Below are positions 8,577 through 18,169 of a stretch of DNA of 53,613 nt, piece by piece. The stretch lies in NCBI GenBank assembly GCA_947463395.1, contig CANHRV010000001.1, forward strand, positions 1 through 53,613. The letters are read 5' to 3'. Both the position numbers and the translations under genes were made by a program. Numbering within the stretch: position 1 is the stretch's first letter; each line of letters begins with the position of its first letter. The notes under the pieces are model-generated. The model was not told where the DNA came from, ran no database searches, and saw only the letters and a list, made by a program, of their open reading frames with translations. This stretch comes from Opitutia bacterium (GTDB taxonomy: Bacteria; Verrucomicrobiota; Verrucomicrobiia; Opitutales; UBA953).

Positions 8577-10034
8577 ATGAGTGACGCCCTTCATCTTTTA
8601 TCGGCCACCGAGATTGCCCAACGTTTACAGGCGGGAACACTTACGTCGCGGGCTTTGGTGGATGCCTTGTTGGCTCGCTACCATGCATTGAATAAGAAAG
8701 TTGGTGCTTTTACTTACCTCGCAGAGCCTGATGTGATTGCTCAAGCCGAGGCTTCGGATTTAAGACGTAAGCAAGGAAAAGCCTTAGGACCACTGGATGG
8801 TATTCCTGTTGCCATTAAAGATAACATCGCGGTCAAAGGGCAGCCACTGACTTGTTCGAGTAAGATGTTGGCGAAATTGATTTCGCCTTATGATGCTCAT
8901 GTCATCGAAGCTTTGCGTGCGGCGGGAGCGATTATTTACGGACGTCTCAATATGGATGAGTTTGCCATGGGTTCATCCACAGAAAATTCCGCTTTGCAAA
9001 AAACTTACAACCCTTGGGACTTAGCAAGAATTCCAGGTGGTTCTTCCGGTGGTAGTGCTGCGGCTTTGGCTGCCGGACTTGTTCCGCTGGCTCTAGGCTC
9101 TGATACGGGAGGTTCGATTCGTCAACCTGCCTCTCATTGTGGAGTCGTTGGATTAAAACCAACTTACGGATTAATTTCACGCTACGGTCTCGTCGCTTTC
9201 GCTTCATCGTTGGATCAAATTGGTCCGATGGCGCGAAGTATCGATGACTGTGAACTTCTTTTAAACGCTCTGGCCACTCCTGACGCCAGAGATATGACCT
9301 GTTTTGATAAAGAGCAAAGAACCTCTCTTCCACCCGTAGCGGTTAATCAATTACGAATCGGAATTCCTCGAGGTATTTTAGATAAGGGGGTAGGGCAGGA
9401 AGTCGCAGCCGCAACGCGTGCGGCGATTGATTTTTACCGCTCACAAGGTGCGACCATCGTCGAAGTTGATTTACCTTCTTCGGATTTAGCTGTGCCTACT
9501 TATTACGTCGTCGCGACGGCTGAAGCTTCCTCTAATCTCGCACGTTATGATGGGGTGCGTTATGGGCACCGTTCCGCTCAAGCCACTACCCCTGTGGAGA
9601 TGATGACTCTAAGTCGCTCGGAAGGTTTTGGACCGGAAGTGAAGAGGAGAATTCTCTTAGGTACTTTTGTTCTTAGTGCTGGTTATGCTGACGCCTATTA
9701 TGTCCGAGCTCTCCGTGCTCGCTCTAAAATTCTCAGTGAGCACCTCGCCGCTTTAGAAAAAGTGGATGTGATTTTAACCCCAACGGTGCCAACACCTGCG
9801 TTCAAAGCCGGGGAAAAAATTTCTGATCCTCTGCAACTTTACCTTGAGGATATTTTCACCATTCCAGCTAATTTGGCAGGTTTGCCTGCGCTTTCGGTGC
9901 CTTGTGGTAAGTCACAACACCTCCCCGTCGGTTTTCATTTAGTGGGCGCTCCACTTTCCGAAAAGAAACTTTTCGCTGCCTCGCGCGTTTTTGAGGCTGC
10001 TCACTCCTATCGTCACCAACAAGCCCCCCTATGA
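8577..10034 (+). CDS. gatA: Glutamyl-tRNA(Gln) amidotransferase subunit A
   Basis: Amidase signature GGSSGGSAAALAAG and GSDTGGSIRQPAS. ATG at 8577 lies 1 nt after the gatC stop. The track ORF start at 8409 is an out-of-frame overlap with gatC. Confidence 0.93.
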   Translation: MSDALHLLSATEIAQRLQAGTLTSRALVDALLARYHALNKKVGAFTYLAEPDVIAQAEASDLRRKQGKALGPLDGIPVAIKDNIAVKGQPLTCSSKMLAKLISPYDAHVIEALRAAGAIIYGRLNMDEFAMGSSTENSALQKTYNPWDLARIPGGSSGGSAAALAAGLVPLALGSDTGGSIRQPASHCGVVGLKPTYGLISRYGLVAFASSLDQIGPMARSIDDCELLLNALATPDARDMTCFDKEQRTSLPPVAVNQLRIGIPRGILDKGVGQEVAAATRAAIDFYRSQGATIVEVDLPSSDLAVPTYYVVATAEASSNLARYDGVRYGHRSAQATTPVEMMTLSRSEGFGPEVKRRILLGTFVLSAGYADAYYVRALRARSKILSEHLAALEKVDVILTPTVPTPAFKAGEKISDPLQLYLEDIFTIPANLAGLPALSVPCGKSQHLPVGFHLVGAPLSEKKLFAASRVFEAAHSYRHQQAPL

Positions 10035-11530
10035 GCGAATCAACTTGGGAAATTGTGATTGGTCTTGAGGTTCATGTGCAGTTACGCACCCGAACCAAGG
10101 TGTTTGCTTCGGTGCCTTGGGGTTTTGGCGAGGAGCCGAATGAGCAAGTTGATCCCGTTGTCTTGGGTCTCCCTGGAACTTTGCCCGTGGTTAATCGAGC
10201 GGCGGTTGAGCAAGCGATCCTCTTTGGTTTAGTGGTTGATGCTACGATTCCTGAACGTTGTGCGTGGGATCGAAAAAATTATTTTTACCCTGATAACCCG
10301 AAAAACTATCAACTAACGCAAAAAGATTTCCCAGTAACACTCGGTGGTCAGGTTGAAATCGAGTTACCTGGTCCCTCCCGTAATGTGATGGGCGAACATA
10401 AATCAATTCGTCTCCATCACGCACACTTGGAGGAAGATGTGGGCAAGTTGAGTCACTCTGGTAGTGGCTCCTTGGTCGATTACAATCGTGCGGGTGTGCC
10501 TTTGCTTGAAATTGTGACCGAGCCAGACCTTCGCTCAGCCACTGAAGCCGCGGCATTTTTAAACGCTTTGGTCACCATGTTGACGCAAGCAGGTGTGGCA
10601 GATTGCGATATGGAAAAGGGTCAATTACGTTGTGATGCCAACGTGTCCGTTCGTCGTCTTGGCGATACTCAGTTAGGCACAAGAACGGAAACCAAGAACC
10701 TTAATTCAATTTCGGGGGTTCGCGATTGCATTCAGTATGAAGCAGCTCGGCAGATTCGTGAGTTGGAGGAAGGACGAAAGATAACGCAAGAAACTCGCGG
10801 ATGGAATGCAGTGAACGCTCGGGGGTATGTTTTACGGGATAAAGAGGACGCACACGACTATCGTTATTTCCCCGACCCTGATATTCCCACATTAAAGATT
10901 TCCCGAGCAACGGTTGAGCGTTTGCAAAAATTGGTCCCGGAAAGACCTTTCCATCGTCAACGTCGTTACATGGAAAAACTAGGTCTGCCTTATACATCCG
11001 CCAGTGTGCTTATCGCTGATAAGGCACTGGCTGATTGGTTTGAGGCTGCCGTCATGGCTTACCCCAAGAATCCTTCGGGTATCGCTAATTGGGTGGTGAA
11101 TGATCTTCTACGTGATTTATCGGTCGTAACAACAGCCGTGGATTCATTCTCAGAAACGACGCCTATTAAGGTTTCTTTGGCAGATTGTCGCATCAAGCCA
11201 GCTCAACTCGCTGGTTTAGTGAAGATTACCGATGAGGGTGTTATTTCCAAACAACAGGCGAAAGAAGTTTTTGCGGAAATGTTTCGTACAGGACAGGAGG
11301 CTGGTGACATTGTTAATGCGAAGGGATTACGTCAAAACAGCGACGCTGGTGAGTTAGAAAAAATCATCCAAGAAGTTATTGCTGATCCAGCGGTGGCTAA
11401 GTCCATTGCCGAATATCGTGCTGGAAATGAAAAAGCGATTAACGCTTTGAAAGGTCCGATTATGAAACGGACGCAAGGTAAGGCTAATCCAGCGATGATT
11501 GATCAATTATTACGTAAACATCTCGGATGA
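10031..11530 (+). CDS. gatB: Asp/Glu-tRNA amidotransferase subunit B
   Basis: WEIVIGLEVHVQL, KNYFYPDNPKNYQLTQ, HLEEDVGK and a C-terminal GatB/YqeY domain. ATGA overlap with gatA. Confidence 0.93.
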   Translation: MSESTWEIVIGLEVHVQLRTRTKVFASVPWGFGEEPNEQVDPVVLGLPGTLPVVNRAAVEQAILFGLVVDATIPERCAWDRKNYFYPDNPKNYQLTQKDFPVTLGGQVEIELPGPSRNVMGEHKSIRLHHAHLEEDVGKLSHSGSGSLVDYNRAGVPLLEIVTEPDLRSATEAAAFLNALVTMLTQAGVADCDMEKGQLRCDANVSVRRLGDTQLGTRTETKNLNSISGVRDCIQYEAARQIRELEEGRKITQETRGWNAVNARGYVLRDKEDAHDYRYFPDPDIPTLKISRATVERLQKLVPERPFHRQRRYMEKLGLPYTSASVLIADKALADWFEAAVMAYPKNPSGIANWVVNDLLRDLSVVTTAVDSFSETTPIKVSLADCRIKPAQLAGLVKITDEGVISKQQAKEVFAEMFRTGQEAGDIVNAKGLRQNSDAGELEKIIQEVIADPAVAKSIAEYRAGNEKAINALKGPIMKRTQGKANPAMIDQLLRKHLG

Positions 11531-12216
11531 GCGAAGAGACATTGGACTCACCTTGGTTGGCGGGGGCAAAAGCAGTGCGAGACAATGCATGGCCATCCCT
11601 TTTTATTCTAGTCGCCTCTGCGTCTTTGGTGGTGAGTTATTACCAGAGCGATGTGGTACGGTCTTGGTTGGATGTTTTAGGGGATTATAATCGAAACAAC
11701 CGGTGGTCTTTTGCTGCCATCTGCACGGCATTTTCCGCTGGATTTATTCCCTGGTGTTTTCGGATGGCTTTTCGAAACATTCGACCCGTGCACCCCTGGT
11801 TGGATTTAATTCATAGCTTACTTTGGTGGGCTTTCATGGGAATTATTGTTTGTGCTTTTTACCAAATCCAAGCCGACCTTTTTGGTCATCAAGCGACTCC
11901 CTCAACGGTTTTCAAAAAAGTACTCTTCGATCAATTTTTCTTCACGGTTTTCATTGGTGCACCATTCAATGCTATTTCGCATTATTGGAAGGACCACGCT
12001 TGGGACTTTTCGCAGTTGAGGGCGGCCATGCGTCCAGGTTGGTATCGCCGATTAATTGTCCCCAATTTATTGCCCAATTACTTGGTTTGGTTTCCTGGTG
12101 CCTGTATTTTTTACAGTATGCCAGGAAGCTTACAGTTGCCCGTAGCAAATTGTATCGGGTGTTTTTGGGCCTTAATGTGTGTTCGGATTGCGACTCATTC
12201 ACGTCCTCGACTCTAA
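11527..12216 (+). CDS. Integral membrane protein, Mpv17/PMP22-like (tentative)
   Basis: ATGA start/stop overlap with gatB and about 4 hydrophobic segments. The C-terminal half (FKKVLFDQFFF...NYLVWFPGACIFYSMPGSLQLPVANCIGCFW) aligns by eye with the Mpv17 pattern LKKMLLDQ...[32 protein letters not shown]. Confidence 0.45.
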   Translation: MSEETLDSPWLAGAKAVRDNAWPSLFILVASASLVVSYYQSDVVRSWLDVLGDYNRNNRWSFAAICTAFSAGFIPWCFRMAFRNIRPVHPWLDLIHSLLWWAFMGIIVCAFYQIQADLFGHQATPSTVFKKVLFDQFFFTVFIGAPFNAISHYWKDHAWDFSQLRAAMRPGWYRRLIVPNLLPNYLVWFPGACIFYSMPGSLQLPVANCIGCFWALMCVRIATHSRPRL

Positions 12217-12253
12217 AGTTAAAAAATAATCGTCTAGCCCTCCATCCCTCGGC

Positions 12254-14548
12254 TTGAAAGTCGGGGAGACTTCGGCGAGATTGAGAGCTGTGCCCGACCT
12301 TTTTGGAGAGATTGAACCCGGCGTTGCCGAAGTTGTGCCCTTTGATGGCGGTGCACGGGCCTATAGTTATGCTGTTCCTAGTGCCCTAAAAGAAACCCTG
12401 AAAGTTGGACAATTGGTGCGAGTTCCTCTGGGGCATCGACAAGGCTTAGGTGTGGTTTGGAAATATCCAGCAGAGGCTCCTGCGGGGACAAAATTACGAA
12501 GTATTTTGGCTCTCGAACATGAGCAACCCGTGATGACCGAGGACTGCTGTCGTTTAGCTGAATGGATGAGTGGTTATTATGGATGTGGATTGAATTCAGT
12601 CTTGGAAACGGTTCTGCCAGCGGCTGTCAGAAAAGGTGTTCGGCCTGTGTTTCGTCGATGGTTGAGTCTGGTTGGGCCGGTCGAAGCAGATGTATTAACG
12701 AAACTACGCAAACGGGCTCCTCGTCAGGCACAACTCATTGATTATTTAAGTGCTCAGACACAACCGGTAGAGCGTGCGAAAACGTTGACCAGCTTGGGTA
12801 TCTCCCAACCAGCGGTCGATGCCTTGCTCAAAGCTGGGTTGATTAAAGAGGACGCTCATGTGCTGTGGCGTGTCGCTTACAATGATCCTTTTGCGGAGGC
12901 CGAATCAGTATCAGTGAAGGGGCATCAACTCAACGAGTCGCAGCAGGCGGCGGTAAAATCCATTGCCGAAACCCTCGATGCTAAGCAATTCCGTACTCAT
13001 CTTTTGCATGGCGTTACTGGTTCAGGAAAAACGGAGGTTTATGTTTCACTAATTCGTAAAGTAGTGGCTGAGGGTGGTTCGGCGATTTTTCTGGTGCCCG
13101 AAGTTGCCTTAACGCCACAAACTGTCGGTCGGTTACGTTCTCGATTAAGCGATTTGGGGACACGAGTGGTTGTTTGGCATAGTCAATTATCTGCAGGAGA
13201 ACGATTTGATGCGTGGATGGCTATGTCACTGGGACAAGCACGGGTCGTTGTTGGAGCTCGTTCAGCCGTTTTTGCGCCACTCCCACAACTACGTCTAATC
13301 GTGGTGGATGAGGAGCATGAGCCTTCCTTTAAACAAGGAGAAACCCCCTTGTATCATGGCCGAGATGTCGCGGTTTACCGTGCTTCACTCTTATCGGCAG
13401 CCTGTGTTTTGGGTTCGGCAACGCCTTCGCTCGAATCATGGCGAAATGCGACTTCGGGTCGCTATGTTTTGAATACCATGCCCCAGCGGGTCGATGATCG
13501 TCCTATGCCAGCGTTTCGTATTGTGGATATGCGACGCGAAGTTTTACATGCCAAAGGACAGAGTATTCTTTCACGTGAATTAGTTGATTCAATACGAGAG
13601 CGTTTAGCCAAAAAAGAACAGGCTATTCTTTTTCTTAATCGCCGCGGGCATTCGCGTTCTTTGGTTTGTCCCGATTGTGGCGAGGCCGTTCAATGTCCCT
13701 CTTGTAGTGTTTCTTTAACGTTACACGCCACAGATTCGACTGCGCGTTGTCATCTGTGTGATTATCGACAACCAGCGCCTGTCATTTGTCCGCATTGTCG
13801 TTCGCCCAAAGTTCGTTGGAAAGGTTATGGTACACAAAAAGTGGAAGAAGTGATAGCGAAGCTTTTTCCACAAGCTCGGGTGGCTCGCATGGATGCGGAT
13901 ACCATGAGTAAGAAGGATCTTTTTCGTCGAGTGCTCTCCGATTTTCGTGCGGGTAAATACGATATGCTTCTCGGTACGCAGATGATTGCGAAGGGCCTCG
14001 ATTTTCCGCGGGTTACTTTAGTGGGAATATTGGATGCGGATTTATCGCTACAAATGCCTGATTTTAGGGCCTCCGAGCGCACTTTTCAATTGCTGACTCA
14101 GGTGGCGGGTCGAGCGGGTCGTGGCGATTTGGAAGGAGCGGTTGTTGTGCAGACTTTTCAACCAGCTTCTGACCCGATTCAGTTTGCTAAACGATTGGAC
14201 TTTGAAGGCTTTGCTCAGGCCGAATTAGCCAAGCGAGCTGAGTTTGGTTATCCACCCGATCGACATCTGGTGCGCCATGTTTTTCGTGGTCGAAATTTAG
14301 AAAAAGTTACTTTTGTCATCGAGAGTTGGGTTAAAGAGTTCTCCCGTCTTCATCCTGATTTAGCAGAAATTCGTGGGCCTGCTCCGTGTCCTTTCGAGCG
14401 GGTGCAAGATCAATACCGCATGCATTGTTGGTATTTCGTGAAGAGTGTTAAGCCACTTTTAGCCGCACTTTTACCACTGCGTGCGAAAATATTACGCGAT
14501 GAGCACGTTATTGATGTGCTCGATGTCGATGCTCAGGATTGTGGCTGA
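12254..14548 (+). CDS. priA: Primosomal protein N' (replication restart helicase PriA)
   Basis: Walker A GVTGSGKTEVY, DEEHE, the Cys-rich zinc region CPDCGEAVQCPSCS...CHLCDY...CPHC, and GTQMIAKGLDFP. TTG start at 12254. Confidence 0.92.
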   Translation: MKVGETSARLRAVPDLFGEIEPGVAEVVPFDGGARAYSYAVPSALKETLKVGQLVRVPLGHRQGLGVVWKYPAEAPAGTKLRSILALEHEQPVMTEDCCRLAEWMSGYYGCGLNSVLETVLPAAVRKGVRPVFRRWLSLVGPVEADVLTKLRKRAPRQAQLIDYLSAQTQPVERAKTLTSLGISQPAVDALLKAGLIKEDAHVLWRVAYNDPFAEAESVSVKGHQLNESQQAAVKSIAETLDAKQFRTHLLHGVTGSGKTEVYVSLIRKVVAEGGSAIFLVPEVALTPQTVGRLRSRLSDLGTRVVVWHSQLSAGERFDAWMAMSLGQARVVVGARSAVFAPLPQLRLIVVDEEHEPSFKQGETPLYHGRDVAVYRASLLSAACVLGSATPSLESWRNATSGRYVLNTMPQRVDDRPMPAFRIVDMRREVLHAKGQSILSRELVDSIRERLAKKEQAILFLNRRGHSRSLVCPDCGEAVQCPSCSVSLTLHATDSTARCHLCDYRQPAPVICPHCRSPKVRWKGYGTQKVEEVIAKLFPQARVARMDADTMSKKDLFRRVLSDFRAGKYDMLLGTQMIAKGLDFPRVTLVGILDADLSLQMPDFRASERTFQLLTQVAGRAGRGDLEGAVVVQTFQPASDPIQFAKRLDFEGFAQAELAKRAEFGYPPDRHLVRHVFRGRNLEKVTFVIESWVKEFSRLHPDLAEIRGPAPCPFERVQDQYRMHCWYFVKSVKPLLAALLPLRAKILRDEHVIDVLDVDAQDCG

Positions 14549-14555
14549 GTTATAT

Positions 14556-15755
14556 TTACCACCAACGCTTTTTCTTCATCCACAGAACAATCCCTGTGCC
14601 GAGAAGAAACATGATACCAACGGCTGTATAGTAACCGTATTTGTGTCCCCATTCGGAGTGAATTTCAGGCATAAACTGAAAATTCATACCCCATAAGCCT
14701 ACAAGAAAAGTCAGGGGGATAAACACCGAGCTCATGACTGTCAGAACGCGAATGATTTCGCTGGTTTTACGCTCCTGTTGGGTGTGGTGGTATTCCTGTA
14801 GGTCCTGTAGAATCATTCGTGCATGCTCGATTCGATCCGTGGCTCGAATGGCATGGTCATACAAATCTCGAAGATAAAGATGTAAGGAAGAGGGTAGAAG
14901 GGGGTGTTCATAGTGCTCCAGCACGCTGACCATATCTTTGAGTGGTTGAGCCAGTCGACTTAATCGCACCACCACTCGCTTGAGACGGTAGACCTCATTC
15001 AAATCCCAATTATCGGTCCCCATTAAAATAGAATCTTCCAGTTCTGTCGTCGCATCCTCAATTTCCTCTGTTTGGTAGAGCAAGCGATCCACGAGAGTGT
15101 CTAAGAGTGAATAAACTAAATAGCCGGCACCCCAGCGACGACAATTACCTCGGTTATCTTGAAGACGTTTCTCGACGGCCTCGAAAACTTTTTCGTCATT
15201 TTCATGGAATGAGATAACCCAGTTTTGTCCTGCGGCGATGGAGATTTGTTGGCCACGAGGAGTGTCTTCTTCAACGCCGATTCGAACCGCACGTGCGATG
15301 GTTAAGATTTTATCTCCGTATTCTTCAAACTTAGGTCGTGAGGTTGCCGTCAGAATATCTTCTTGTGCTAACATCGGAATATCGAAGAAGGCTCCCACAA
15401 TGTGGACGACCTGCGGATCGGTGATGCCGAGAACTTGAATCCAAACCATGCCTGGTTTGTTGGTAAATCGCCCAATGCTATCGAGGTCAGAGAATTCCTC
15501 TACTTTGCATTGATTTTCATCATAACAAATAACCCGGAACTTTGTTGGGCTATTCGATTCGAAAGGGGAGGCTGCGGGCAATTGACCTGGAGCACGGCCA
15601 ATTTCGGTTTCCTCATAAGCTGCCTCTCCCGTCAAAGGAGCCGCCGTTGGACTTAGGTCGAGCTTTTGACGTAGGTCATTGAGGCGACGCTCCAGAAAAG
15701 AGCGTGCTCGTGAGATTTGGCTTCGACGTCTTTCTTGCTGACGGCTCATCACCAT
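14556..15755 (-). CDS. corA: Magnesium/cobalt transporter CorA
   Basis: GMN motif (LWGMNFQFMPE) and two C-terminal TM helices; 399 aa. Confidence 0.88.
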   Translation of the reverse strand: MVMSRQQERRRSQISRARSFLERRLNDLRQKLDLSPTAAPLTGEAAYEETEIGRAPGQLPAASPFESNSPTKFRVICYDENQCKVEEFSDLDSIGRFTNKPGMVWIQVLGITDPQVVHIVGAFFDIPMLAQEDILTATSRPKFEEYGDKILTIARAVRIGVEEDTPRGQQISIAAGQNWVISFHENDEKVFEAVEKRLQDNRGNCRRWGAGYLVYSLLDTLVDRLLYQTEEIEDATTELEDSILMGTDNWDLNEVYRLKRVVVRLSRLAQPLKDMVSVLEHYEHPLLPSSLHLYLRDLYDHAIRATDRIEHARMILQDLQEYHHTQQERKTSEIIRVLTVMSSVFIPLTFLVGLWGMNFQFMPEIHSEWGHKYGYYTAVGIMFLLGTGIVLWMKKKRWW

Positions 15756-15834
15756 CAGTTTTTTCGATAAACGAGCCTTTTGTCAACGGGTTCGAGTCAA
15801 GTCACCGAAAATTAACCTAAAAAGGTATTGGTTC

Positions 15835-16179
15835 CTAGTGCTTTCCGTTACCGTTGGGACGACCGTTCTTACCAATGCCCAGATCATGGAGTCTACCTTG
15901 TTGGATTTTCTGAAAAAGATTATTCGAGTTCGTTACGCCCAAACAGTAGAGAGCAGCGGAGGCATCTTTGACTCGATCTTTTTCGATAATACCTGCGTTG
16001 TGTAACCACTGAGCGAGGGCGACGTGAAAATTATCGGGAGTTAACTCGAATTCTTTACCGCCCAACTTGGCCCAAAATTTGGCACGACGCTCTAAAGTAC
16101 AATTTCTCTTCTCATCGTGAAGTTCATGAATCTCTTTCATGATTTCATGGGCTGGCGAAGGGTTTTTGGGTTGGGGCAT
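15835..16179 (-). CDS. Hypothetical protein (114 aa)
   Basis: Clean ATG-to-stop ORF with no competing frame and no motif I recognise. It is preceded by the only markedly AT-rich spacer in the window. Confidence 0.55.
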   Translation of the reverse strand: MPQPKNPSPAHEIMKEIHELHDEKRNCTLERRAKFWAKLGGKEFELTPDNFHVALAQWLHNAGIIEKDRVKDASAALYCLGVTNSNNLFQKIQQGRLHDLGIGKNGRPNGNGKH

Positions 16180-16361
16180 AACCGAAAAAATTTATATAAA
16201 TCTATAAGAATAAAGAAGCCCCCCAAGGCAATCTTAATTATTATATAATTTTATTATAAAGTAAGGGGATGGCCACCTATTTACCCTTTGTTTTCAGGCA
16301 TTTAATGAATAAAACCTCTACCTGTTTTATCATCGATTCTTTGCTTTAATTACTTTTCCCG

Positions 16362-16435
16362 TGGTCGCGACAGGACTCGAACCTGTGACTTCTACAATGT
16401 GAATGTAGCGCTCTAACCAACTGAGCTACGCGACC
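16362..16435 (-). tRNA. tRNA-Val (anticodon CAC), CCA not encoded
   Basis: The reverse complement reads GGTCGCGTAGCTCAGTTGGTTAGAGCGCTACATTCACATTGTAGAAGTCACAGGTTCGAGTCCTGTCGCGACCA. It has a 7-bp acceptor stem GGTCGCG/CGCGACC, a D-loop AGCTCAGTTGGTTAGAGC, an anticodon stem CTACA/TGTAG with loop TTCACAT, and a T-arm GGTTCGAGTCC. Confidence 0.93.
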
Positions 16436-16449
16436 TCACGGAAAGGTTA

Positions 16450-16478
16450 AAAATATTCGCCGGATTATTATTCAGCAA
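16450..16478 (-). promoter_or_regulatory. Candidate sigma-70-type promoter for tRNA-Val
   Basis: The minus strand reads TTGCTG, a 17-nt spacer, then TATTTT. The -10 element ends 14 nt before the tRNA 5' end. Confidence 0.3.
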
Positions 16479-16534
16479 GCCACTTTTTCTTTCGCTGGGC
16501 TTGCTTTGTTGGGGTTTACGCCAATCTTTTGGCT

Positions 16535-16900
16535 ATGTCCGTTACCGAAAAACCCACTCTTCGTACAGCCGATGAGCGTTTGATTCTCCTGACCCCTGCG
16601 GCGGGAGTAAAGGTACGTTCCTTAGCTGAGCGGGAGGCAAACGGACGATACCTCCGCGTGGCTATTTCAGGGGGAGGGTGTAACGGTCTATCCTACAAGT
16701 TGCGTTTCGTTGGTGACACGAAGTCGGGCGATATTTTGGTTCAATCGCAGGGAGTTGATGTCCTCGTCGATCCTAAGTCGGCTCTTTATCTTCGCGGCAC
16801 TCATTTGGATTATTCCGACAAAATGATTGGTGGCGGTTTTAAGTTCTCCAATCCCAACGCCAAGGCGAGTTGTTCCTGTGGAGAGAGTTTTTCCCTCTGA
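16535..16900 (+). CDS. erpA: Iron-sulfur cluster insertion protein (HesB/IscA/ErpA family)
   Basis: ISGGGCNGLSYKL and the C-terminal FSNPNAKASCSCGESF. ATG at 16535; a TTG lies at 16529. Confidence 0.88.
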   Translation: MSVTEKPTLRTADERLILLTPAAGVKVRSLAEREANGRYLRVAISGGGCNGLSYKLRFVGDTKSGDILVQSQGVDVLVDPKSALYLRGTHLDYSDKMIGGGFKFSNPNAKASCSCGESFSL

Positions 16901-16988
16901 TTTCTCGTTTTTCTCTGGGCGTGCTTCTCTTCGGTCGTGAACATGGGAGATGTTGCCATTGGCTCTAAATCATCACTAACTTCGCTTT

Positions 16989-18134
16989 GTGTTTACTCTG
17001 CTTAAGACTGATACGACGACGGCCGCCCGATTAGGTGTGCTCAAGACTCCTCATGGTGAGGTGCGCACCCCGGTGTTTATGCCTGTTGGTACGCAAGCGA
17101 CAGTCAAAGGGTTGACCCCGCAAATGGTGGCCGATACGGGCGCCCAAATTCTTCTAAGTAATACCTACCATCTCAATCTACGACCAGGTCGTGAGATTGT
17201 TAAGCAGGCAGGTGGCCTTCATCGCTTCATGCACTGGGATAAGCCGATTTTGACGGACAGCGGAGGCTTTCAGGTTTTTTCACTCGCTAAGTTTCGTAAG
17301 GTGACGGACGAGGGAATCCATTTTAAATCTCACCTCGATGGCAATCCGCTCTTTCTCGATGTCAAAGAGTGCCTCGCTATTCAAGACGCGCTGGGGTCGG
17401 ACATTGCTATGGTACTCGATGAGTGCCCACCTTGGCCCTGCGAGCGAGAAGCTTGTGAAGTCGCTGTCACTCGGACCATTCGTTGGGCAAAAGAAATGTT
17501 CCAATTGGCTAAAGACACGGGTTTCCTAGCCTCAGGACGTCATCTTTTTTGCATTAATCAAGGTTCGGTTTTTGCTGATTTACGCCAACGGTGTGCGGAG
17601 GAATTAGCCGCCGTCGATTTTCCAGGCTTCGCCATCGGAGGTGTCAGTGTTGGTGAGCCAGAGGAAGAAATGTTAAGACAGGTTGGAATCGCGGCCCCGC
17701 TTTTGCCTAAGAATAAACCTCGTTATGTCATGGGCGTTGGAACGCCTCCGCAATTGCTCCGTATGATTGCTTTGGGAGCCGATATGTTCGACTGCACGAT
17801 GCCGACGCGGATTGGTCGACATGGAGGTGCGTTTACTCCCGATGGCCCCATCAATGTCAAACACTTGCGTTACCGAGAGGATCACCGTCCGTTGGTTGAA
17901 GGAATGGATAACTACACCTGTAAACACTTTACGCGGGCTTATTTAAGACACTTGCATCATGCCACGGAGTCGTTGGGTGGCACATTGCTAGCCTTGCATA
18001 ATATTCACTTTTTACAGGATCTCATGAATCAAGCCAGAGAGCACATCGCTGCGGGTGATTTTGCCGCATGGTCCAAAGCTTGGTGCGAACGCTATGAAGC
18101 GGGAGCCAAGGATGAGATTATCGATAAAGACTAA
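16989..18134 (+). CDS. tgt: tRNA-guanine(34) transglycosylase
   Basis: ARLGVLKTPHGEVRTPVFMPVGT, LTDSGGFQVFSL, GFAIGGVSVGE, VMGVGTP and the zinc site C...C..C...H. GTG start. Confidence 0.93.
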   Translation: MFTLLKTDTTTAARLGVLKTPHGEVRTPVFMPVGTQATVKGLTPQMVADTGAQILLSNTYHLNLRPGREIVKQAGGLHRFMHWDKPILTDSGGFQVFSLAKFRKVTDEGIHFKSHLDGNPLFLDVKECLAIQDALGSDIAMVLDECPPWPCEREACEVAVTRTIRWAKEMFQLAKDTGFLASGRHLFCINQGSVFADLRQRCAEELAAVDFPGFAIGGVSVGEPEEEMLRQVGIAAPLLPKNKPRYVMGVGTPPQLLRMIALGADMFDCTMPTRIGRHGGAFTPDGPINVKHLRYREDHRPLVEGMDNYTCKHFTRAYLRHLHHATESLGGTLLALHNIHFLQDLMNQAREHIAAGDFAAWSKAWCERYEAGAKDEIIDKD

Positions 18135-18169
18135 GGAGAGTTGAGTTTCCCCGACAAGAAACTCCCGAC

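Noticed and set aside
16180-16500. tRNA-Val as an integration hotspot for a genomic island.
   Set aside because: There is no integrase, no direct repeat of the tRNA 3' end that I could see, and housekeeping genes (corA, erpA, tgt) lie on both sides.
18143-18164. A small hairpin (gagtttc / gaaactc) between tgt and the convergent hypothetical gene, as a possible bidirectional terminator.
   Set aside because: It has only 7 bp and no flanking T or A tract, which is too weak to call.
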